From NCBI GenBank assembly GCA_963704165.1, contig CAVPHD010000003.1, positions 512,001 to 576,000 of the forward strand: 64,000 bases of DNA, written 5' to 3'. Each line of letters starts with the position of its first letter. The first letter of the stretch is position 1. The DNA comes from an uncultured delta proteobacterium. GTDB taxonomy: Bacteria > Myxococcota_A > UBA9160 > SZUA-336. The notes under the pieces are model-generated. The model saw only the letters and a list, made by a program, of their open reading frames with translations. It made no database searches and was not told the origin of the DNA. A program made the position numbers and the translations under genes. Positions 41,495 to 52,132 of this stretch are shown here, piece after piece.

Positions 41495-42985
41495 GTGCTC
41501 GGCCGAATCGCCATCGCGCTCTGGATCGCCGCTGCCGCGCTGGCCTACTTCGCCCTGGGGTCGAGCGTCTCGCAGATCGCCGAGGGCATCCAGGACTCGC
41601 GGCATCCGGGAGCATCGGTCTGGCTCTCTCTCGCGACGATTGCCGCGGCGAGCCTGACGACGCTGGCCTGGTCGGTTCGCAGCGCCTCCCGGAGCGCTTC
41701 CGCGACGGGTGAGGCGTCCGACGGCCGGCGTGTCGGGCGGCGTGGATTCGTCCGCGGCGTCGCCCTGCTCGGCGGCGGGCTCGCGGCCACGAGCGTCGCG
41801 CTGCTGGCCCGCGTCCAGGGCTGGTTCCTGATCACGACGCGAAACATCGTGATGCCGGAGGTCGAGAAGGTCTCGCCGAATCCCCTGCCCGACTGGGCGG
41901 GCGCGCGCGTCCAGAGCTATCGGCGCCTCGGCCGGACCGAAGCGCGCGTCTCGGACATCTCGCTGGGGTCCGGCGTTCTCACCGAGGAGTCGGGCGGCGA
42001 GGCTCTCGCGCGTGAAGCGCTCGACCGGGGCATCAACTACTTCGACACCTCGCCGGACTATTCCGGCTCGAGCTCGGAGCGCGCGCTCGGTCGTGCGATC
42101 GGCGATCGGCGCGACAAGCTCTTCCTCGCGACGAAGTTCTGCACCCGGAACGGCCACCTGCCCGCCGGCTCACCGGTCGCGGCGTACATCGAAGCGGTCG
42201 AGGCGAGTCTCGAGCGGCTGCAGACGACGTACGTGGACCTGGTTCACGTCCACTCCTGCGACGACATCGAGCGGCTCCGCGATCCGAATCTGCACGAGGC
42301 CTTCCGCCAGCTCCGCGACGCGGGCAAGGTGCGATTCCTCGGTGTCTCGACCCACACGCCGAATCTCGAAGAGGTCGCGAACTTCGCGATCGACGACGGC
42401 CGATTCGACGTGCTCATGCTCGCGTACCACCACGGCGCGTATCCGAAGCTCGCCGAGATCATCGACCGCGCCGCGAAGGCCGACGTCGGCGTGGTCGCGA
42501 TGAAGACGCTGAAGGGCGCGAAGCACCACGGTCTGGCCGAGTTCCGCGACGAAGCCGACTCGTACGCGCAGGCGGCGTTCAAGTGGGTGCTGTCGAACCC
42601 GAGCGTCTCGTGCCTGGTGATTTCGTTCTGGGAGCCGCGGCAGCTCGACGAGTATCTCTTCGCCTCGGGGAGCGCGCCCACCTCCGACGACCTGGCCACG
42701 CTTCGACGCTACGACGAGCTGATCGCGGGCAAGCACTGCTTCGCGCACTGCGGCGCGTGCCTCGGCTCGTGTCCCGAAGGGCTCGCGATCAACGACGTGC
42801 TTCGCCACCGCATGTACTTCGAGGACTACGGCCAGCAGAAGAACGCCATCTCGCTGTACGCGAAGCTCGAGAAGAAGGCCGACGTCTGCATCGGCTGTGC
42901 AGCGCCGTGCGTCGGCGCGTGTCCCGAGGGTGTTCCGATCCAGGAGCGCACGACCGGCGCGCATCGCCTTCTCACGCTCGTCTAG
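41495..42985 (+). CDS. Membrane-anchored aldo/keto reductase with C-terminal 4Fe-4S dicluster domain
   Basis: YRRLGRT, GINYFDTSPDY, ATK, SLERLQTTYVDL; CxxxCxxCxxxCP twice; three N-terminal TM helices with internal GRRGF. Confidence 0.87.
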   Translation: MLGRIAIALWIAAAALAYFALGSSVSQIAEGIQDSRHPGASVWLSLATIAAASLTTLAWSVRSASRSASATGEASDGRRVGRRGFVRGVALLGGGLAATSVALLARVQGWFLITTRNIVMPEVEKVSPNPLPDWAGARVQSYRRLGRTEARVSDISLGSGVLTEESGGEALAREALDRGINYFDTSPDYSGSSSERALGRAIGDRRDKLFLATKFCTRNGHLPAGSPVAAYIEAVEASLERLQTTYVDLVHVHSCDDIERLRDPNLHEAFRQLRDAGKVRFLGVSTHTPNLEEVANFAIDDGRFDVLMLAYHHGAYPKLAEIIDRAAKADVGVVAMKTLKGAKHHGLAEFRDEADSYAQAAFKWVLSNPSVSCLVISFWEPRQLDEYLFASGSAPTSDDLATLRRYDELIAGKHCFAHCGACLGSCPEGLAINDVLRHRMYFEDYGQQKNAISLYAKLEKKADVCIGCAAPCVGACPEGVPIQERTTGAHRLLTLV

Positions 42986-43002
42986 AATCGAAGCGGAGGT
43001 CG

Positions 43003-43914
43003 ATGATGAGCGCGCTGACCGAGATCGCGTCCGGACTGCAGTTCCCCGAAGGGCCGATCGCGCTCGGTGACGGCAGCGTCCTGCTCGTCGAGATCAAGCG
43101 CGGCACGCTGACCCGTGTCGCAGCCGACGGCGCGCAGACGATCGTCGCGAAGACCGGTGGCGGCCCGAACGGCGCCGCGGTCGGTCCCGACGGCAAGGTC
43201 TACGTCTGCAACAACGGCGGCTTCGAGTGGCACGAAGCCGGACCCTACCTGCTGCCGGGAAACCAGCCGAAGGACTACAGCGGCGGAAGGATCCAGCGTG
43301 TCGATGCGAAGACCGGCGAGGTCGAGACGCTCTACACCGCGTGCGGCGCACACGAGCTGCGGGGCCCGAACGATCTGGTCTTCGACCGAAACGGCGGCTT
43401 CTGGTTCACCGACCACGGCAAGAACCGCGAACGCGATCGCGACCGCGGCGGACTCTACTACGCGCGCCCCGACGGCTCATCGATCCGCGAGATGATCTAC
43501 CCGCTCGATTCACCGAACGGTGTCGGCCTCTCGCCCGACGGCACCCGCGTGTACGTCGCGGAGACGCACACCGGTCGCGTGTTCTTCTGGGATCTCTCGG
43601 CGCCGGGTGAGATCCGCCCGCACGCCTCGCCGAACCAGGGCCACCTGCTCGTCGGCCTGCCCGGGCTTCAGCTCCTCGACTCGCTGGCCGTCGATGCGGA
43701 CGGAAACGTCTGCGTCGCGACGATCGCGAACGGCGGCATCACGATCATCTCGCCCGACGGCGCGCGCACCGAACACGTGCCGCTCCCCGACCCGCTGACG
43801 ACGAACATCTGCTTCGGCGGTCCCGACCTGCGCACCGCCTTCATCACGCTCTCGGGCACCGGCCGACTCGTCTCGATGCCCTGGAAGACGGCGGGCCTGC
43901 GGCTCGCGTTCTAG
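43003..43914 (+). CDS. SMP-30/gluconolactonase/LRE family protein
   Basis: FPEGP, GPNG, PNDL, SPNGVGLSPDG, DSLAVD, TNICFGG. Confidence 0.92.
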   Translation: MMSALTEIASGLQFPEGPIALGDGSVLLVEIKRGTLTRVAADGAQTIVAKTGGGPNGAAVGPDGKVYVCNNGGFEWHEAGPYLLPGNQPKDYSGGRIQRVDAKTGEVETLYTACGAHELRGPNDLVFDRNGGFWFTDHGKNRERDRDRGGLYYARPDGSSIREMIYPLDSPNGVGLSPDGTRVYVAETHTGRVFFWDLSAPGEIRPHASPNQGHLLVGLPGLQLLDSLAVDADGNVCVATIANGGITIISPDGARTEHVPLPDPLTTNICFGGPDLRTAFITLSGTGRLVSMPWKTAGLRLAF

Positions 43915-44322
43915 AAGCAGGTCGCCGCGGTGCCCGCCGTGCACTCGAGCGGGCACGTCGGGCACCGCGGACTTCCCGCTGAGTCTGCGGTACTGCGCGA
44001 GATCGGCCGACCCGACGAAGAGACCGCTCGCCGTGAAGTCCGCGTCGCAACGGTTCCCGTAGCCGTCGCGGTCGTCATCGCGCTGACCACCGGTGAGCGT
44101 CGCCCACGGATTCGTGGCCAAGTAGTCAGGAGCCTGGCGTGGGTTGCTGACGTTCACGCAGTTGTCGCAGAGATCGCCGACGACATCTCCTTCGCCGTCG
44201 GCTTGATCCGCGTTCGCCACGACTGGCCCGTGGGCGCGGACCCCGCTCGCGAAGATCAAGGCGAGCAAGACGCCTCCCACGGTCGCCGGGACCGCCCCTG
44301 GATCCCTCTAGATGGGATGCAT
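43911..44322 (-). pseudogene. Degenerate secreted-protein gene: signal peptide joined directly to a thrombospondin-3-like Asp/Cys-rich tail
   Basis: SD GGAGG and ATG 44322 with in-frame TAG at 44308-44310; ANADQADGEGDVVGDLCDNC, DDDRDGYGNRCD; frameshift near 43960 before TCPLECTAGTAATCF*. Confidence 0.6.
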
Positions 44323-44502
44323 GGTGGATCGCCTCCCTGTTCACTCCACGGTCAGTCCAACACAGCTCGCCACTACGCCGGGTGCGGGCGTCGTAGTCAG
44401 CCTACAGGACGCCATCTGCGACCAACACGCAGAATCGCTTGCTCGGTCTCAGTGGCCGTCCGAAGCCGTTCCGTGGAGAGGCCCTACCGGTGTCACGTTT
44501 TC

Positions 44503-45519
44503 CTAGAGCGTGCGGGTCACCTTCGTGATTCCCGCCGGGCGGTCGGGATCGTGACCGCGGGCGCGGGCGAGCCAGAAGGCGACGAGCTGGCCGACGATCG
44601 TCGCGGGGATCGGCGCGAGCCATTCGTCGGCCGCCGGCAGACTCAGATCGGCGTCGCCCTCGTCGCTGACCCGGACGAGCCGCGCACCGCGCTCGACGAG
44701 GTCGAGGCCGAGCCGGCGGACGTCCGCGCGCGCGGGGCCGGCGAACTCGATCGTGAAGATCGGGGCGCCGGCCGACGCGAGCGCGATCGGGCCGTGGCGG
44801 TAGTCGGCGGCCGAGAAGGACTCGGCGAAAACGCCCGCGATCTCTTTCAGCTTGAGTGCCCATTCGAGCGCGACCGGGAAGCCGAAGCCGCGCCCGATCA
44901 CCGCGCAGGTCGCGTGCTCCGCGATCGTATCGGCGAGCGCGCGCGCCGCGGGTTGGGCCGTGAGAGCGCGCGAAGCGAGTTCGGGCACGCGCGCGAGCGC
45001 CGGCTCGTCCGCGCCGCAGAAGCCGGCGACGAGGTGCGCGAGCGCGTAGAGCGTGGTGGTGAACGAGCCGGTCGCCGCCACGGATCGCTCGCCGCCGAGT
45101 CGCAGCGGTACGACGTGCTCGACGGCGGCGGCCAGCGGTGAGTTCGCGCGATCGGTGAGCGCGAGCGTCGGAGCGCCCTGTGCGCGCGCGGAGTCGATCA
45201 CGCGCACGACGTCGGGCGATTCGCCCGACTGCGAGATCGCGATCACGACCCAGTTCGCGAGCCTCGGCGGACGTTCGTAGATGGTGAAGAGCGAGGGCGT
45301 GGCGAGCGCGACGGGAATGCCCGCGCGCGTTCCGAGCAGGTACTTCGCGTAGACGGCGGCATGGTCGGAGCTGCCTCGAGCGGCGATCATCACGCCGACG
45401 GGCCGGGACGCCGCGAGGCGCGCGCCGATCTCGCGAGCGCGGGCGCCCTCCTCGACTCGAAATCGCTCGAGCACCTCCGGTTGCGCGAAGATCTCGCGCG
45501 CGAGCTCCGATTCGTTCAT
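44503..45519 (-). CDS. SIS-domain sugar-phosphate isomerase/deaminase (GlmS/NagB-II-like)
   Basis: EIFAQP, ARGSSDHA, ISQSGESPD, ERSVAAT, EWALKLKE, RHGP, ITKVT. Confidence 0.88.
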   Translation of the reverse strand: MNESELAREIFAQPEVLERFRVEEGARAREIGARLAASRPVGVMIAARGSSDHAAVYAKYLLGTRAGIPVALATPSLFTIYERPPRLANWVVIAISQSGESPDVVRVIDSARAQGAPTLALTDRANSPLAAAVEHVVPLRLGGERSVAATGSFTTTLYALAHLVAGFCGADEPALARVPELASRALTAQPAARALADTIAEHATCAVIGRGFGFPVALEWALKLKEIAGVFAESFSAADYRHGPIALASAGAPIFTIEFAGPARADVRRLGLDLVERGARLVRVSDEGDADLSLPAADEWLAPIPATIVGQLVAFWLARARGHDPDRPAGITKVTRTL

Positions 45520-45565
45520 TCGCGGGACGAAGCTACCATTCCACGCGGCGCAGGCGAGGCATCCG

Positions 45566-46544
45566 GTGGCGATCTTCACGCTCAGGAATCGGCGCGGCAG
45601 CGAGGCGATCTTCACGAATCGCGGCGCCGCGCTGATGCGCCTGCGCATCTCGGGTGCCGACGTGCTGCTCGGTTTCGACGACCCGGCTCGCTACGACGAG
45701 CCGCATCCGTACCTCGGCGCGATCGTCGGGCCGCTTCGCGAATCGGATCGCGAATGGCCGCTTCACGCTCGACGGACGGACCCATTCGCTCGCGCGCAAC
45801 GACGGTGCGCATCACCTGCACGGCGGGCCGCAGGGTCTGTCGCATCGACTCTGGTCGGGCGTGCGCGAGGACGATGCCGTCCGGTTTCGAATCACCAGCC
45901 CCGACGGTGACCAGGGCCATCCCGGCACGCTCGAGGTCGAGGCGACCTACACGCTCGCCGACGACGACGCCCTTCGCATCGAGCTTCGCGCCCGCGCCGA
46001 CCGCGCCACGATCGTGAGTCTCGCGAGTCACGCGTGGTGGAACCTGCGCGACGGCGGCGCGAGTCCGATCCTCGACCACGAGCTCTGGCTCGACGCCGAG
46101 GACTACCTTCCCGTCGATGCGGCGGGCATTCCGACGGGCGAGCTCCGGTCCGTTCGCGACACGCCGTTCGACTTCACGCGGCCCGTGTCGATCGGCGCGC
46201 GGATCGCGGAGGCGGAACGACTCGAACACCGCGGCGGCTACGACCACTGCTTCGCGCTCCGCGGCGACGGCTTGCGCCGCGTCGCCCGGCTTCGCGACCC
46301 CGAGACCGGACGCGCGCTCGAAGTCGAGACGACACAGCCCGGTGTTCAGCTCTACACCGGGAACTTCCTCGACGGCACGCTCGTCGGCCACGGTGGCGCG
46401 GTCTACCGGCGTCACCACGGCCTGTGTCTCGAAACCCAGGGCTTTCCCGACTCGCCGAACCAGCCGGGATTCCCCTCGACGAAGCTCGAAGCGGGCGAGG
46501 AGTACGCGCACACGACGGTCTACCGCGTCGTGTCTCGTTCCTGA
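45566..46544 (+). CDS. galM: Aldose 1-epimerase (mutarotase), frameshift near 45730
   Basis: GRFANRI, HLHGG, HAWWNL, GYDH, QLYTGNFL, CLETQ. Confidence 0.88.
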
Positions 46545-46548
46545 TCGA

Positions 46549-47696
46549 TCAGGATCTCGGCAGACCGAGAATCCGCTCGGCGACGATGTTCTTCTGGATC
46601 TCGCTGGTGCCGCCCGCGATCGTCTGCGCGCGATCGCCGAGCCAACGCATCGCCGCCGCGCGCGCGTCGGGCGCGTGGTCGTGGTTCTCGTAGAGCTGAC
46701 CGTACGCGCCCAGAAGCGAGAGGTGCGCGGTGGACATCCGCTGCGCCAGCGACGTGCCCGCGAGCTTCATCGCCGCGGAGAGGTGCGGATTCAGGCGCCC
46801 CTGGAGCCCGTCCGTCATGCCGCGGTAGCCGGAGTACTTCGAGATCGCGCACGAGATCGCGAGGTCGGCGATCTGCTGGCGCGTGCGCGGGTCCGCGTTC
46901 CTTGCCGCGCCTCTTCGCGGCCCCGATCAGACGCTGCAGCGCCTCGTCCTGGCGCATGCCGCCGGCGATGCCGTTGCGCTCGTTGACGAGCGCGTTCGAG
47001 ATGATCTTCCAGCCCTCGCCCTCGGCGCCGAGTCGGTTCTCGACCGGAACGCGCGCGTCGGTCATGAAGACCTCGTTGAACTCCGACTCGCCGGTGATCT
47101 GCACGATCGGCTTGATCTCCATGCCCGGCGCGTTCATCTCCATCAGCAGCACCGTCAGCCCGTCGTACTTCGACGTCTCCCATGCCCGGCACGCGCACGA
47201 GGCAGAAGTACCAGTTCGAGAGGTGCGCGATCGTGGTCCAGATCTTCTGTCCGTTCACCACGTAGTGGTCGCCGTCGCGGACCGCGCGCGTCTGCGTGTT
47301 GAACATGTCCGAGCCCGCGCCAGGCTCGGAGTAGCCGGTCGCCCAGATGTCCTCGCCCGAGAGAATCCGCGCGACGAATCGCTGCTTCTGCGCCTCGGTT
47401 CCGAACTTCATGATCGCCGGGCCGACCCACCAGATGCCCATCTGTCCGGGCACGCCCGGCGCCTTCGCGCGCGTGAGCTCCTCGGAGAGGATCGCCTGCT
47501 CCATGTCGGAGAGGCCCGCGCCACCGTACTCCTTCGGCCAGGCCGCGCCGAGGAACCCGCCGGCGTGCAGCTTGCGCTGCCAGGCCTTGCCGTCCTCGAG
47601 CGAGAGCGGGCCCTTCTGCGTCGGTGCGTTCTTCTCGAGCCAGGTCCGGACCCGGCTTCGGAAGGCCTCTTCCTCGGGCGCGTAGTGCAGATCCAT
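46549..47696 (-). CDS. Acyl-CoA dehydrogenase, frameshifts near 47185 and 46900
   Basis: WPKEYGG, GYSEPGAGSD, NGQKIWT, FNEVF, LVNER, TIAGGTSEIQKNIVAERILGLP across three frames. Confidence 0.85.
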
Positions 47697-47778
47697 GGCG
47701 CGATCCTATCACCGGGGCGGCGGATGCTTCTCGGCCGGCTCGGCAGCGACTGCGACCGCTCGGGTTATGCTGCGAGGG

Positions 47779-48432
47779 ATGCAGGCGAACCTCGACATGC
47801 TCGCGCCGCTGCTCGCCGCGGGGCTCGGGGCCGCGGGCTGGACGCTGCTCGAGTACGTTCTACACCGGTTCGTGTTCCATGGCGCCTCTCCGGGGCGACT
47901 CGGCGTGGGGGAGCACCGCGAGCACCACGCGCGCGTCGACTACTTCGCGCCGTGGTGGCAGAAGGCGCTCGCCGCGCTCGCGGCGGTCGGCATCATTCTG
48001 CCGCTCGCCGCCCTGGCGACGAGCCTCGCGGTCGGAATCGCCTTCACCGCGGGCTTCGTCGCCATGTACCTGATGTACGAGGTTCTGCACCGGCGCGCGC
48101 ACACGCATCCGCCCGGGGGTCCGTACGGGCGCTGGCTGCGGCGAAACCACTTCGCGCATCACTTCGTCGACCCCCGCCGCGCGCAGGGAGTCACGACGTC
48201 CTTCTGGGATCGCGTCTTCGGAACCCGCTTGCCGATCGAGAGGGTGCCGGTCCCTCGTCGGCTCGCGATGCCCTGGCTCGTCGATGCGAACGGCGAGCTC
48301 CGACCGAGCTTCACGAACGATTACGAGCTCGTGGGCAGCGCGCGCAGCGACGCGCGCAGCCGGCTCGCGGACAGCGAGGCCGCCCGGGCGCATCGCAGAC
48401 CCGACCCCGAGGTGAGTCCGACGGCGAGCTAG
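47779..48432 (+). CDS. Fatty acid hydroxylase/sterol desaturase family protein
   Basis: His boxes LHRFVFH, HREHH, LHRRAH, HFAHHF; GVTTSFWD. Confidence 0.88.
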   Translation: MQANLDMLAPLLAAGLGAAGWTLLEYVLHRFVFHGASPGRLGVGEHREHHARVDYFAPWWQKALAALAAVGIILPLAALATSLAVGIAFTAGFVAMYLMYEVLHRRAHTHPPGGPYGRWLRRNHFAHHFVDPRRAQGVTTSFWDRVFGTRLPIERVPVPRRLAMPWLVDANGELRPSFTNDYELVGSARSDARSRLADSEAARAHRRPDPEVSPTAS

Positions 48433-48515
48433 CGGGCGGATCCCCCAAGCCCCGACCGCGCCCCCGTTGACCGAATCCCCCCTTACCAGAATCTGAAAGC
48501 CGTGCTTCGATCTTC

Positions 48516-48521
48516 TATAAT
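48516..48521 (+). promoter_or_regulatory. -10 element (TATAAT) upstream of the SH3 lipoprotein gene
   Basis: Perfect TATAAT in an AT-rich patch, then G-rich SD GGGGGA. Confidence 0.6.
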
Positions 48522-48543
48522 TTCGACCCATTGGGGGATTGGC

Positions 48544-49224
48544 ATGACTCGTTCTCGGATGGGGATCGTGATCGCGCTCGCGTGTGCGGGTGCCGTGCTC
48601 TCGGGTTGCGCGGGGCGCAGGGCGGCGGAGACGAAGGCGGAGACGGCCGCGGCGCAGCCGAGCACGCCCGTGGTCGAGGTGACGGCGTCGACGCTGAACG
48701 TCCGAGCGACACCGAGCGCGACCGGCGCCGTGGTCGGAGCGCTCAAGCGCGGCGAGCGCGCGAACGCTCCGCAAGCTGAGTCGGGAGGCTGGCTCTACGT
48801 CGAGACCGGCGCCGGCGCCAAGGGGTACGTCGCCTCCCAGTACGTTCGCACCGTCGAGCCGGCCGCAAGCCCGGCGCCCGCTGCCGCGCCAGCCGCAGCC
48901 GCAGCCGCAGAGCCCAGCACGCCCGCGCCCGCGAAGAAGAACGCGAAGGCTCCGCCGAAGCCGGCCCCGCCCGGGAGCAAGCTCGCACGAGTCACGAACG
49001 GAATGACGGAGGCGCAGGTCGTGGAGATCCTCGGCGCGCCGACGAGTCAACAGAACTATATGACCGGCAAGGCCTGGATCCCCTACTACTACGGCTCCGA
49101 CACCTCGCGCCTCGACTACCGGTACAAGGGCGTCGGCATCGTGGTCTTCAGCCGCAACCGCTACTCGGGCGGAACCAAGGTGATCCGCGTCGACTACGAT
49201 CCGAGCGAGGACGGATTGCCGTAG
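48544..49224 (+). CDS. Lipoprotein with bacterial SH3 domain, Ala/Pro linker and SmpA/OmlA/BamE-like domain
   Basis: Lipobox LSGC; LNVRATPS...GW...GYV; GMTEAQVVEILGAP. Confidence 0.8.
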   Translation: MTRSRMGIVIALACAGAVLSGCAGRRAAETKAETAAAQPSTPVVEVTASTLNVRATPSATGAVVGALKRGERANAPQAESGGWLYVETGAGAKGYVASQYVRTVEPAASPAPAAAPAAAAAAEPSTPAPAKKNAKAPPKPAPPGSKLARVTNGMTEAQVVEILGAPTSQQNYMTGKAWIPYYYGSDTSRLDYRYKGVGIVVFSRNRYSGGTKVIRVDYDPSEDGLP

Positions 49225-49245
49225 CGCTCGAGCGTAGGGAGTCGG

Positions 49246-50396
49246 CTAGCGAGAGGTCGCCCCGTCGCGCTTTCGCGCGGCGGCGAAGAGCGCGTCGATC
49301 GCGACGTCCGAGGCGGGCTCGTGCGCGCAGAGCGCGAGGTTCTCCTCGACGTGTTCGGGACCGCGCATGGCGCAGAGCGTCGTCGTCACGCCCGGTGTGC
49401 TGCGCGCGAACTGCAGACACCGTTGTGCGTCGGTCGCGAGCCCGGGAAATGCCTGGCGGAAGAACTGCGGCAGCCCGCGCGTCGCGCGTCCCTGCACGAG
49501 CGGCCCCGAGGTGAAGACGGCTGTGCCGGTGTCGCGGAGCGTGTCGAAGAGCGAGCTCGCGTGGGAATCGGGGCCGAACTGCGACTCGAGCCCCTTCGCT
49601 TCGCCGAGCGCGACGTTGTACGGAAGCGCGATCCCGCGCAGGTGGTGGTCGGGCCCACCGACGTCGATCGCGGTCTGGAAGACGTCGAGGATCGAGAGGT
49701 GCCCCCGCTCCCAGTACGGGAGCAGAAGTCCGTGCCAGGTCGAGAGCCCATACGCGGCGATCGCGCCACGGGCGACCGCCGCTTCGAGGGCCTCGAAGAG
49801 CCGCGCGAGCTGGTCCTTGAAGAGCGTCGGCCCGCGCGCGGCGAGCTGGAGCTCCGGGTCCTCGAGCAGATACAGATCGATCGTCTCGAGACCCAGGTTC
49901 CGACGGCTGCGCTCGATCTGGTCCGCGACGAAAGCGGGAGAGAGCACGTGCACGCCGTTCACCACGTCGTTCACGTCGACGATCCCGGTGTCGACGTAGG
50001 TCACGATCAAGTAGCGGCGACCCTCGATCACGCTCTCCGCATCGACGGACAAATAGCCACACTTTGAGATCACGAAGATCTCTTCGCGGGTCGCGATCTT
50101 CTCGACGAAGGCGCGGCGCAGCGCGCGGCCGAGGGCGCGCTCGCTGCTCTGACTGCGGTACGAGATCGACGTGTCGAAGACGTTCACGCCGCCCTCGAGC
50201 AGGCGCGGAACCGCGGAGCGGTAGAGCAGGTCGTCGACGCCCGCCGGGAGCACCGGGCTTGGTGCCGAGCCCGAGCGACGAGAGCGTCAGCCGATCGGGC
50301 CTTGCGGAAGTGCCCGGGAGGCGCGGGAAAGCGCGAAGCGAAGCGCCGCGTGCCCTCGGGTGTGGCGCGGCCCGGGTGGAGCTCGGACTCGGGCAT
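49246..50396 (-). CDS. Aldo/keto reductase, frameshifts near 50300 and 50243
   Basis: GRATPEGT...LSSLGLGT; NVFDTSISY, SKCG, SRRNLGLETIDL, HVEENL. Confidence 0.85.
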
Positions 50397-50492
50397 CCCC
50401 GCGCACTCTACCCCGCACCCGGGGCGCTCGCACGCGTGACAGCGCGCATGCGTTTCAGGCACGATGCAACGCCCGCTGCGAGGAGAATGGCG

Positions 50493-52132
50493 ATGGAATT
50501 CAATCTGGCAGAGCTGCACGAGGCGATCGCGTCGGTGATTCCCGACCGCGAGATGCTGGTCTGGCGCGATCGCCGACTGACCTACGGTCAGGTCGCGGAG
50601 CGCACGCGACGTCTCGCCAACGTTCTGCACTCGCGCGGCCTCGGCGTCCGCAGCGAGCGTGCGAAGATCGACGGCTGGGAATCCGGCCAGGATCACGTCG
50701 CGCTCTACCTGTACAACGGCCCCGAGTACATCGAGGGCATGCTCGGCGCCTACAAGGCGCGCACCGCGCCGTTCAACGTCAACTACCGCTACGTCGAAGA
50801 GGAGCTGATCTACCTGCTCCGCGACGCGAAGGCGCGCGCGATCATCTATCACGCGCGCGTTCGCACCGACGCTGGCGAAGATCCGCCCGCAGCTGCCCGA
50901 CCTCGAGGTGCTGCTGCAGGTCGGCGACGAGAGCGGTCACGCGCTGCTGCCGGGCGCGCTCGAGTACGAGGCGGCGCTCGCGAGCGCGTCGCCGGAACGG
51001 CCGCCCGTCGAGCCGTCGCCGGACGACCTCTACATCCTGTACACGGGCGGCACGACCGGCATGCCGAAGGGCGTGCTGTGGCGCCAGGCCGACATCTTCG
51101 TCGCGGCGCTCGGCGGGCGCGGCGCCGGCGGCGTCGAGCCGCAGTCCTACGCCGAGATCGCCGAACGCGTGAAGGCCGGCGGCATGAAGACGCTGCCGAC
51201 GCCTCCGCTCATGCACGGCGCCGCGCACTGGGCGTCGTTCAACGGCTTCCACTCGGGCAACACCGTGGTGTTCCAGGACGTCACCGACCGCTTCGACCCG
51301 CACGACGTGCTCGGCACCGTCGAGCGCGAGAAGGCGAACGTGATGCTGATCGTCGGCGACGCGTTCGCCCGCCCGCTGCTCGACCAGCTCCGCGTGCAGA
51401 GCTACGACCTGTCGAGCCTGTTCGCGCTCGTCTCCGGCGGCGCGGCGCTGAACGCGACGCTGAAGAAGGAGCTGCTCGAGCTCTTGCCGAAGGTGATGAT
51501 CATCGACGCGGTCGGCTCGTCCGAGACCGGGTCGCAGGCGCAGAACGTCAGCACCGAGGCGACCGGCGCGACGACCGGCACGTTCAACCTCGGCCACGGG
51601 GCATGCGTGTCGTCCGAGGATCTGACGGCGAATCCTCGAGCCCGGACACGACGGACTCGGCTGGTTCGCGCAGACCGGTCGCGTGCCGCTCGGCTACCTC
51701 GGCGACCGCGCGAAGACCGAGCGCACCTTCCCGACGATCGACGGCGTCCGCTACTCGGTGCCCGGCGATCGCGCGCGGCTTCGCGCCGACGGCATTCTCG
51801 AGCTGCTCGGCCGCGACTCGGTCACGATCAACTCGGGCGGCGAGAAGATCTTCGCCGAAGAGGTCGAGCACGCGCTGAAGTCGCACCCGTCGGTCTTCGA
51901 TGCCGTCGTCTGCGGCCGGCCGAGCGAGCGCTGGGGCAGCGAGGTGGTCGCGATCGTGCGCCTGCGCGAGGGCAAGCCGGCGAGCGAGTCGGATCTTCTC
52001 GAGGAGTGTGCGAAGCACATCGCCCGCTACAAGCTCCCGAAGGCCTTCGTGTTCCGCGACGAGATCGTGCGCTCACCGTCGGGCAAGGCCGACTACCGCT
52101 GGGCGAAGGATCAGGCGCTCGGCGGCCGCTGA
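50493..52132 (+). CDS. Acyl-CoA synthetase (FadD19-like), frameshifts near 50860 and 51635
   Basis: NVNYRY, YTGGTTGMPKGV, GSSETG, GD, INSGGEKIFAEEVE, RSPSGK. Confidence 0.88.

Noticed and set aside
44308..44310. In-frame TAG as possible pyrrolysine or readthrough codon
   Set aside because: It lies in a signal-peptide n-region of a gene with other lesions, and no pyl genes are seen
44330..44500. CCTAC/GTAG REP-like fragments in the spacer
   Set aside because: No complete palindromic unit or repeated consensus visible
45568..45616. 13-bp direct repeat GGCGATCTTCACG, 36 bp apart
   Set aside because: Only two copies, in frame within the galM 5' end (AIFT twice); not CRISPR-like or a target-site duplication
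48860..48925. GCC/GCA-rich short repeats
   Set aside because: Encodes the Ala/Pro linker of the SH3 lipoprotein
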